Shown piece by piece: positions 38,346 to 46,054 of a stretch of 64,000 nt of DNA. The notes under the pieces are model-generated. The model was not told the DNA's origin, searched no databases, and saw nothing but the letters and a program-made list of their open reading frames with translations. A program made the position numbers and the translations under genes. The stretch lies in contig CAXQZU010000022.1 of NCBI GenBank assembly GCA_964228555.1, forward strand, positions 15,695-79,694, written 5' to 3'. The stretch's first letter is position 1. The number at the start of each line of letters is the position of its first letter. The DNA comes from Planctomycetota bacterium (GTDB lineage: Bacteria > Planctomycetota > PLA2 > JAEUHO01).

Positions 38346-40301
38346 CTACTTCTGCTGGGCGGCCGCGCGGGCCGCCTCCTCGAGGATGGAACGGGCCTGG
38401 TCTTGCGCCAGGCCGGGGAAACGCTCGGAGAGGACACGCTTGATGTCCTCCACCTTGACCTCGCCGAAGCCCACGCGCGCCTCGAGGCCCCCGGGCGTCA
38501 GGCCCACGAAGGCCGTCGGCTGCTTCTCGTCGTCGAGGCGGATGCGCGCCAGCGTCACGGGGCGGCCCGTGTCGCCCGGGCGGCCCAGCACCTCGCCCGG
38601 CCACAGCTCGAGCTCGAACTCGCCGTCCTGGCCCGGCTTGGGCGGCTTGAAGCGGGTCAGCACGCGCACCACGAGGCCGCGCGTGTTCTCCTCGCAGGCC
38701 TTCACGAACGCCGTGTACTTCTGCTCGGGCTTGTCCACGTTGGCCATCACGCGCAGCGTGGCCAGCACGCGCGCGTCGCGCGCACGCATGGGCTCGGTGC
38801 TGCGCAGGCCGGCCTCGTAGCCGCTGGCCGGGCGGGTGGCCGACTTGGGCCGCACCCACCCGAACTCGTTCACGGGGTCGTCCGTCACGAGGCGCACCGA
38901 CTGTGCGTAGAGCTCGGGCGCCGCGGAGAGGCGCGTCGTGATCTCGCTCCACGCCTGCGCCAGCAGCACGCCCGGCGCCGCGCGCTCGGCCAGCATCCGG
39001 TGCTTGACCTCGCCCTCCTGCGCGCCCACCAGCGCGTCCCGCACGCCACGGTCCTTCTTCTTGACCTCCTCGGCGCGCGCCTTGATCGAGTCGGCACGGT
39101 CCATCCAGGCCTGGCTGGCCTCGCTGCGGCCCGTGTAGAGCAGGCCCAGCGACACCAGCATGACGGCCGCAGCACCGATGGTGAAGATGCCCTTGGTGAG
39201 GAAGTCGCGCTGGCGGCGCATGGCTGCCGGCAGCACCTCGAGCACGAAGGCCGCCGGGGCCATCGCCATCTGCGCGAGGCCCACCGTCACCGAGAACTCG
39301 TGGCCCTGCTCCTCGGCCAGCCGCCGCTCGTCCTCGGAGAGGCCCGAGAGGTCGCACAGCACGAAGGGGTTGAAGCGCTCCACCGGCACGCCCATGGCCT
39401 GCTTGAGGTAGAGGTCGAGGCCCTTGAGGCTGGCGCCGCCACCCGACAGCAGCACGCGGTCGATCTTGAGGTCGGGCATGCGCGTCTGGGCGCGCGCGAT
39501 CATCAGCGTGCTCTGGATCAGGGACGACATCTGGCCGGCCACGCCCATGATGGCGTTGGCGACCTTCTCCGCGGTGGGGTCGGCGTAGCGCGCCTGCGCC
39601 TTGGGCGTCACGTCGCCCTTGCCCACCTTCATCGTCTCGGCCTTGCCCTCGGTCGTGGAGAAGGCCTGCACCAGCGCGTCGGTGAAGGCCTTGCCGCCCG
39701 GCGTGGCGTTCCTGGCGAAGAGCAGCTCGCCGCCACGCTGGATGGCGATGTCGAGGTTCTCGGCGCCCACGTTGACGAGGATCGCGGTCTCCTCCTCGGT
39801 GTAGGTGGCGTTGACCGCGAAGGCGTTGAACAGCGCCACGCTGTTGGGGCAGCAGGCACCCACCTTGAGGCCGCCGCTGCCCAGCGAGCCGATCTGCGCA
39901 TCCACGTAGCGGTTGCGCGCCAGCGCCACGAGGATGGTGTCCTCGCTGCGGTTGCCGTCCGGGTCCGGCAGGTTGAGCTTGCGGTAGTCCGCGCTCACGT
40001 CGCCGCCGGACTGCGAGCCCACCTCCTCCACCTCGAACTTCATCAGGGTGCGCAGGCGCCACTCCGGCACCGGCGGGACCTGGCTGTAGCGGATGATCAC
40101 GTCACGCCCGCTCATGCCCAGCGTCACCGGCGCCCCGGCCAGGCCACGGGCGGCCAGCGCCCGGCCGGCCACCGGGCGCGTGGCCTCGTCCACGCGTTCC
40201 GAGAACAGCTTCTGCACGACGAAGCCTGCGCCCTTGCGACGCAGCTTGACGGCCCTGAGGGAGTGGCTGCCCAGCGTGACACCGAGCCCGGTGGTGGCCA
40301 T
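38346..40301 (-). CDS. PilM-PilN fusion / GspL-like protein (cytoplasmic actin-like ATPase-fold domain + TM + periplasmic domain)
   Basis: N-terminus resembles PilM (GVTLGSHSLRAVKL...; actin-fold glycine loops LLSGGGASLKGLDLYL), followed by a TM helix (IFTIGAAAVMLVSLGLLYTG) and a ~260 aa periplasmic part. Confidence 0.8.
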   Translation of the reverse strand: MATTGLGVTLGSHSLRAVKLRRKGAGFVVQKLFSERVDEATRPVAGRALAARGLAGAPVTLGMSGRDVIIRYSQVPPVPEWRLRTLMKFEVEEVGSQSGGDVSADYRKLNLPDPDGNRSEDTILVALARNRYVDAQIGSLGSGGLKVGACCPNSVALFNAFAVNATYTEEETAILVNVGAENLDIAIQRGGELLFARNATPGGKAFTDALVQAFSTTEGKAETMKVGKGDVTPKAQARYADPTAEKVANAIMGVAGQMSSLIQSTLMIARAQTRMPDLKIDRVLLSGGGASLKGLDLYLKQAMGVPVERFNPFVLCDLSGLSEDERRLAEEQGHEFSVTVGLAQMAMAPAAFVLEVLPAAMRRQRDFLTKGIFTIGAAAVMLVSLGLLYTGRSEASQAWMDRADSIKARAEEVKKKDRGVRDALVGAQEGEVKHRMLAERAAPGVLLAQAWSEITTRLSAAPELYAQSVRLVTDDPVNEFGWVRPKSATRPASGYEAGLRSTEPMRARDARVLATLRVMANVDKPEQKYTAFVKACEENTRGLVVRVLTRFKPPKPGQDGEFELELWPGEVLGRPGDTGRPVTLARIRLDDEKQPTAFVGLTPGGLEARVGFGEVKVEDIKRVLSERFPGLAQDQARSILEEAARAAAQQK

Positions 40302-40353
40302 GGGGAAGTGCTCCGGAACGTGATGCGAGAGGGGTGGGGAAGGGTGGAGACGG

Positions 40354-42813
40354 CTAGCGCGGAGGCAGGGCGTCCACGACGCCCGGCGTGCCCTCGATGC
40401 CCTGCATCGCCGAGGCGAGGCGCGCCAGCAGCGCGTCGCCCTCGGCCGTGCCGGACACCAGCGGCGAGAGGCTGGCCTGCAGGTCGCGATAGATCAGCAG
40501 CGCCATCGCCTCGTAGCCCTTGGTGGTGGCCAGCACCGTGGCCAGGCGCTCGAGTCGCTCGCTGCGCGGGCCCAGCGTGGCCAGCGCGCAGGAGCGCTCG
40601 AGGTCTCGCGCCTCGGCCGCCAGATTCTCCACCTGGCTGGCGTAGCTGCCGTCCGAGGCGCCGGCCGGGGCCGACCCGGCAGGGAAGCTGGCTCGCAGGG
40701 CGGCCTCGCGGGCGCGCATGTCCTGCAGGGCCGTCGGCGAGCCCAGCAGCGCGACGGTGCGGACGGCGCTGCGCAAGGCGGCGATGTCGGCCGTCAGCCG
40801 CTCCTCGAGCTGGCGCGCCAGCGTCGAGGCCTCCTCGGCCACGCCCGCCTGGAAGGGGTTGGCCTGCGCCACCTGGCGCAGCGCCCCGATGGCACTGCCC
40901 GGCGAGGTGCGCGCCAGCTGCTTGGCCGCCTCGAGCGCCTGGCGCGCGGCCTCGGCCTGGGCGCCGAACTCCGTCACGACACCGATGCGTCCCGTGCCGC
41001 CCGCCACCGCGTGCACCAGCCGCACCATGCCCGCGTCGTGGGGGTCCTCGACGCCCAGCCGCGCCGTGGTGTCCACGGGCTGGAAGGCCACCAGCGTCTG
41101 CGGGCGAGGACCGTCCGCCTTGGGGTTGCCCGCCAGCGTCTTGCGCAGGTCGCCATCCACGGCTCCCTGCACCAGGGCCGCGCCACGCGCATCGCTCGGC
41201 GTGAGCACGTTGAGCGCGCCCCCGAGGTGCGCCCGCGGCATCTCCGCCACGAGGCCCACCTGGTCGGCCCCCGCGCAGGCGATCTCGGCCAGCAGGCCCT
41301 CCGGGCCGGCCGCCCAGGTCACGCTGCCCTCGAGGTCGCCGGCGGCACCGCGGAAGCGGCCCGCCACGCGCACCGACTCGCCGGAACGCGCCACCTCGCC
41401 CGTCGCCTCGAAGGCGTGGCGCTCGGTGCCCTTCCACGCCGCGGCCGAGAGGGGCGCGGCCAGCAGCGTGCGGTTGACCTGCAGCGTGGCGCTGCCGTCG
41501 GCCTCCACGGTCACGCTGGGCAGGCCGGGCACGTCCAGCGCCTGCGTCGGGGGCATGCCGGGCGTGGCACGCACGGAGACGTCGTCCAGCGAGAGCTTGC
41601 CCCCCACCGGCACCACCAGCTTGAGCGTCAGCGCGCTGGCCCACGACGGGAAGGAGAGGCTGCGATCGACGCTGCCGCCCGCGCCCGTCCCCAGCACCTG
41701 CGCATGCACCACGCCCGTGGCGCCCACGCCCCGGTCCGCGTCGTTGCGCCACACGGCCAGCAGCTCGCCCTGCCCGCGCAGGCGCGCCTTGATGCGCAGC
41801 TGGCGGCCCGCGCTGGCCAGGATCTCCTCGTCGTAGACCACCTCGCCCGTGCGCGCGCCCTCGGCCTGCTCGTTGCGGGCCTCCAGCACGGCACCCTGCG
41901 GGGTGACGACGCGGCCAGCCGACAGCGAGCCGCCGTCGGCCCACGACCACGGCAACTCGGCGCGCTCGAAGGAGCCATTGCGCACCTGCTCGCCCGTGGG
42001 CCCCTGGGCCGCGCCGCCGGCGTTCTCGGCACCGCGCATGAGGAAGAAGCCGCCCGCCCCCACCAAGGCCAGGAACACCACCGTGCTGATCGTGCCGCCG
42101 CGCGACACGCGGGCCTTGCTGAGGTCGATGTCGCCCATCATGCCCCAGCCGTCCTCGTCGTCGATCGTGGCCAGCTCGGCCTCGATCTCCTTCATGGACG
42201 GGTCGCGGAACACGAAGCGCGTGCCCCCCACGCGCAGGCGCATGCCGTGGGCCAGCGTGGACTCGGTGGTGGTGTTGCCATTGACCAGGATGCCGTTCGT
42301 GCTGCCCAGGTCGCGGATCGTGTAGCCGTTGAGATCCTTCACGATCTCGGCGTGATGCCCCGAGGCCATGCGGTCCTCGAGCACGATGGTGTTGCCCGGG
42401 CGGCGGCCCAGCGTGGTGCGCGGCCCGCTGAGCATCACGCGCTGGCCCTTGCGCGGGCCCTCCGCGTACTCCAGCAGGCACACGCCCTGCTTGCCGGCGG
42501 CCGCCAGGCGCGCCTCCTCCTCCGGGTCCTCGAAGCGGATCGAGACCTTGCCCACCTCGATGGCGTCGCCGCTGGCCAGCGCCCGCGCCTCGATGGCCAC
42601 GCCATTGACCCGCGTCTTGTTGGTGGCGCCCAGGTCCGCCACCTCCCAGCCGCCGGCCGCGGCCGGACGCACCTCGCAGTGCTTGCGCGAGGCGCCCTTG
42701 CCGTCGGGCAGCGCGATGCCGCTGGCGGGGTCGCGCCCCACGCTCAGGCTGGTGCCGGGCACCAGCTCGTAGGTCTTCTTCTCGCCATCGAGGTCGACAA
42801 TCAGCCGCGCCAT
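40354..42813 (-). CDS. double-FHA-domain inner-membrane protein (cytoplasmic FHA-FHA, one TM, large periplasmic domain)
   Basis: Two FHA domains (GRDPASGIALPDGKGASRKHCEV...LGATNKTRVNG and LGRRPGNTIVLEDRMASGHHAEIV...LGSTNGILVNG). TM TISTVVFLALVGAGGFFLM. About 530 aa periplasmic. Topology resembles T3SS YscD/EscD. ATG verified at 42813. Confidence 0.85.
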   Translation of the reverse strand: MARLIVDLDGEKKTYELVPGTSLSVGRDPASGIALPDGKGASRKHCEVRPAAAGGWEVADLGATNKTRVNGVAIEARALASGDAIEVGKVSIRFEDPEEEARLAAAGKQGVCLLEYAEGPRKGQRVMLSGPRTTLGRRPGNTIVLEDRMASGHHAEIVKDLNGYTIRDLGSTNGILVNGNTTTESTLAHGMRLRVGGTRFVFRDPSMKEIEAELATIDDEDGWGMMGDIDLSKARVSRGGTISTVVFLALVGAGGFFLMRGAENAGGAAQGPTGEQVRNGSFERAELPWSWADGGSLSAGRVVTPQGAVLEARNEQAEGARTGEVVYDEEILASAGRQLRIKARLRGQGELLAVWRNDADRGVGATGVVHAQVLGTGAGGSVDRSLSFPSWASALTLKLVVPVGGKLSLDDVSVRATPGMPPTQALDVPGLPSVTVEADGSATLQVNRTLLAAPLSAAAWKGTERHAFEATGEVARSGESVRVAGRFRGAAGDLEGSVTWAAGPEGLLAEIACAGADQVGLVAEMPRAHLGGALNVLTPSDARGAALVQGAVDGDLRKTLAGNPKADGPRPQTLVAFQPVDTTARLGVEDPHDAGMVRLVHAVAGGTGRIGVVTEFGAQAEAARQALEAAKQLARTSPGSAIGALRQVAQANPFQAGVAEEASTLARQLEERLTADIAALRSAVRTVALLGSPTALQDMRAREAALRASFPAGSAPAGASDGSYASQVENLAAEARDLERSCALATLGPRSERLERLATVLATTKGYEAMALLIYRDLQASLSPLVSGTAEGDALLARLASAMQGIEGTPGVVDALPPR

Positions 42814-43180
42814 GCCTTGCCGCTCCTTCGTGCCCGGGCCGCCCTCGCCCCGGGCATACGCCCCCCGCCAGCCGGCCAAGGCTGCTCGGAAGGCCTCCGG
42901 ACCCTGGGTCAACCCATTGGGTAAACCGGCACCCTACCCCCACGGAACGACGGGACGCAACGCCCAACCCAGCGCGGCCTTGCGCGTGGCCACGGCCCGG
43001 GCCGGCCCCAGGGCCGGCCTGCGGCCGGCGTGACGAGCCGGCTCGACCCTGGCAGCGAAGTTGACACCTGCTGGTAACGAGGTAGCGCCGCCCTCTCGGG
43101 TCCTTAGTCTCGGCTGCCGTGCTGCCCCTGCCTCCCCGGCCCGCAGGCGGCCTCGGGTCACCGCAGGCCGCGGCGGGCTC

Positions 43181-45232
43181 CTAGGCGCGGGGCTTGGGCG
43201 GCTGCTCCTCGTCCATGCCGTAGCGCTCCAGCTTCTTGCGCAGGCCCAGGCGCGAGAGGCCCAGTTCCTCGGCGGCGCGGCTCTTGTTCCACGCGTGCCG
43301 CTGCAGCGTGCCGCGCAGCACGCGGCGCTCGAGGTCCTCGACCAGGCCCTTGAGGCCCTGGTCGGGCAGGGGTGCCCTCGGATCCGGCGGGCGGTAGGCA
43401 AGCAGGCGTGCGCTCAGGTGCTCGGGGCGGATCACGCCGCCACTCTCGAGGGCCAGCAGCCGCTGCACCTCGTTGCGCAGCTCCCGCACGTTGCCGGGCC
43501 AGTCGTAGGCGGCCATCAAGTCCAGCGCGCCGGGCTCGAGGCGCACGGGGCGCGTGGGATCCCCCAGCTCGCGCAGGAACCAGGCCACCAGCGCCGGGAT
43601 GTCCTCCCGCCGGTCGCGCAGCGCCGGCACCTCGATGACCACCCCGGCGAGCCGGTGGTAGAGGTCCTGCCGGAAGCGGCCGTCGGCGATGAGGCTCCCG
43701 AGGTCCACCTGCGTGGCCGCCACCAGCCGCACGTCCACGGGGGTGGCAGCCTTGGCACCCAGCCGCCGCACGGTGCCGCCCTCGAGCACCCGCAGCAGCT
43801 CCTTCTGCAGCTCCGCGGGCAGCTCGCCCACGTCGCGCAGGAACAGCGTGCCCTCGTGGGCCTGCTCGAAGAGGCCGGCGTGGTCCCGCGGCGCGGCGGG
43901 CACCGCCCCCCGCACGGCGCCGCGGAACTCGCTCTCCACGAGGCCCGGCGGCAAGGCGCCGCAGGCCTCCACCACGAAGCGACCGCGACGCTGGGCCCCG
44001 TTGAAGTGGATGGCTCGCGCCAGCAGCTCCTTGCCCGTGCCGGGCTCCCCCACCACCAGCACCGGCACGTCCAGGTCGGTCACCCGGTCCACGACACGCA
44101 GCAGCGTGCGCATGGCCGGGCTGCGTCCCACGATGGCGTCGTAGGCGTACTTGAGCCCCAGCTCGTGAGACTGCTTGGCCAGGTCCTCCCGGGCCTGCCG
44201 CAGGGCCGTGGTGCGCAGGCGCAAGGCCTTGCGCAGGCGGTCGTTGAGGCGCTCGATGCGGCGGGACTGGCGCACCGCCTCGCGCCGGCGCATGCCCATC
44301 TCGCGCCGCTGGCGCGCGTTGCGGATGGCGATGGCCGCCAGCCGCGCGTAGCCCTCGAGGATGCGCACGTGGAAGCCATCGAAGCGCCCGGACTCGTAGG
44401 TGTTGTCCAGGTAGATGGCGCCCAGCACCTGCCCCTCGCCGGGCAGCGGCACGCACACCAGCGAGCGCAGCGAGAGGTTGACGATGCTGGCAGCGCCGTC
44501 GAAGCGCTCGTCGCAGATGGCGTCCTCGCTGAGCACGCTGGCGCCCTCGCGGATCACCTGGGCCGCCACGCTGACGGAGTAGGCGCCGTCGGCATCGACC
44601 AGGTCGCGGTGGTCGCGCAGGCGGGCGCGGCGCACCCGGAAGTGGTCGCCCTCGTTGAGCAGCAGGATGCCCCGGGCCGCCCCGCACAGCTGGATGGCGG
44701 CGTCCAGCACGGCGTCGAGCAGCTCGTCCTCGTCGCTGACGGCCTGCAGCTTCTCGTTGAGCTCCATCAGGTGGCCCAGCGCGCGGATCTCGCGCTGGCG
44801 CTCGGCCAGCGTCACGCTGCCGGTGGCGCCAGCGAGGCCCATGTCGGTGGCGTGCGGGTCGGCTTGCGCCGCCTGCTCCACGAGGCCCGGGACCGCCTTG
44901 ACGGCCGGCTTGGGACGGATGGCCCCGGGCAGGAACACGCGCACCTGCGTCTCGCCCACCTCGATGGCATCGCCCTCGGCAAGGCGTGCGTCCAGCACGG
45001 TGGCGCCGTTGAGCATCGTGCCGTTGCGCGAGCCCAGGTCGGTCACGCGCCAGCCATCGCTGCCCAGGTAGATGCGGCAGTGGCGCCTGGAGAGCGTGCG
45101 ATCCTCGACCGGCACGTCCACGCCGGCATCGCGCCCCACCACGACGGCCTCGGCGCGCAGCTCGAAGACCCTCTGGTCGTGGCCGGGCGACTTCACGAAC
45201 AGGCGCAGCGGGTCGCGTGCCATGCCCACCAC
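43181..45232 (-). CDS. FHA-GAF-AAA+-HTH bacterial enhancer-binding-protein homologue with a degenerate GAFTGA motif
   Basis: N-terminal FHA (GRDAGVDVPVEDRTLSRRHCRIY...LGSRNGTMLNG), central GAF-like region, AAA+ with Walker A GEPGTGKE. The GAFTGA position reads ESEFRGAVRGAVPAAP. C-terminal HTH. GTG at 45232 or ATG at 45223. Confidence 0.88.
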   Translation of the reverse strand: MVGMARDPLRLFVKSPGHDQRVFELRAEAVVVGRDAGVDVPVEDRTLSRRHCRIYLGSDGWRVTDLGSRNGTMLNGATVLDARLAEGDAIEVGETQVRVFLPGAIRPKPAVKAVPGLVEQAAQADPHATDMGLAGATGSVTLAERQREIRALGHLMELNEKLQAVSDEDELLDAVLDAAIQLCGAARGILLLNEGDHFRVRRARLRDHRDLVDADGAYSVSVAAQVIREGASVLSEDAICDERFDGAASIVNLSLRSLVCVPLPGEGQVLGAIYLDNTYESGRFDGFHVRILEGYARLAAIAIRNARQRREMGMRRREAVRQSRRIERLNDRLRKALRLRTTALRQAREDLAKQSHELGLKYAYDAIVGRSPAMRTLLRVVDRVTDLDVPVLVVGEPGTGKELLARAIHFNGAQRRGRFVVEACGALPPGLVESEFRGAVRGAVPAAPRDHAGLFEQAHEGTLFLRDVGELPAELQKELLRVLEGGTVRRLGAKAATPVDVRLVAATQVDLGSLIADGRFRQDLYHRLAGVVIEVPALRDRREDIPALVAWFLRELGDPTRPVRLEPGALDLMAAYDWPGNVRELRNEVQRLLALESGGVIRPEHLSARLLAYRPPDPRAPLPDQGLKGLVEDLERRVLRGTLQRHAWNKSRAAEELGLSRLGLRKKLERYGMDEEQPPKPRA

Positions 45233-45301
45233 GAGGCAACCGTCGTGCCAGAGCGCGGCCCCCCGCGGCCTCCACGCCGCGCCCCGGGCGTCACCGAGGC
45301 G

Positions 45302-46054
45302 CTACGCCAGCCCCAGCGCCTGCGCCGCGGCGGCCAGCGCAGCCTGCTCCACGCGCAGGGCCGTGGCGCCCAGCTGCACCGTGGGGACACCCGCCTCCCG
45401 CGCCCGGGCCACCTCCGCGTCCACGAAGCCCCCCTCCGGCCCCACCAGCAGCCAGGGCAGGTCGGCCCCCGGTGCACGCTGCCCCAGCCAGCCGAGCAGT
45501 CGCGGCGCCTGCGGGTCGGGGTCGAGCAGCACGGCGCCGCAGGGGGGCAGGCCGTCCACCAGGGCCGACAGGTCGCGCACCGGCTCCACGCGCAGCATGC
45601 GTGCGCAGCCGTTGCCCTTGGCCGCCTCGCGCGCCACGCGCTCCCAGCGCGCGGCACGACGCGCCGGCAGGTCCTCGCGGCCCGCCGGCGTGCGTGCACA
45701 GCGCAACGGCACCCAGCGCTCCACGCCCAGCCAGGCCAGCCCTTCCACGAGGTCGTCGGCCCGCGAGGGCTCGGGGATGGAGGACGCCACCACCAGCGCC
45801 CGGGCCGGTCGCCGGTCGGGTGCCTCCGCCAGCACCTCGAGGCAGGCGGCGCGCGCGTCGGCCGTGCGCAGCCGCGCCCGGCGCGTGAGGCCGGTGCTGT
45901 CGAACAGCACCACCTCGTCACCCGCGGCCACCCGACGCACGCGCACGAGGTGCGCGGATTCCTCGGCGTCGAGCGTGACCTCGCCCTGCAGCGGCAGGTG
46001 CGCCACCCAGGCGCGCTCCGGGCCGCTGCCGCGGCTGGCGCCCGCGGTGGCCAT
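45302..46054 (-). CDS. rsmE: 16S rRNA (uracil1498-N3)-methyltransferase
   Basis: RsmE motifs (HLVRVRRVAAGDEVVLFD; LLVGPEGGF; GVPTVQLGATALRVEQAAL). ATG overlaps the upstream stop (ATGA). Confidence 0.82.
   Translation of the reverse strand: MATAGASRGSGPERAWVAHLPLQGEVTLDAEESAHLVRVRRVAAGDEVVLFDSTGLTRRARLRTADARAACLEVLAEAPDRRPARALVVASSIPEPSRADDLVEGLAWLGVERWVPLRCARTPAGREDLPARRAARWERVAREAAKGNGCARMLRVEPVRDLSALVDGLPPCGAVLLDPDPQAPRLLGWLGQRAPGADLPWLLVGPEGGFVDAEVARAREAGVPTVQLGATALRVEQAALAAAAQALGLA

Noticed and set aside
43050-43066. TGGCAG-N5-TTGA (sigma-54 -24/-12-like) and TTGACA on the + strand in the 42814-43180 intergenic region
   Set aside because: Orientation is wrong for the minus-strand FHA/pseudopilin operon. 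It would fire antisense into the enhancer-binding-protein gene. The -12 GC is not conserved (TTGA). No convincing -24/-12 element was found on the correct strand by eye, so no promoter is claimed.
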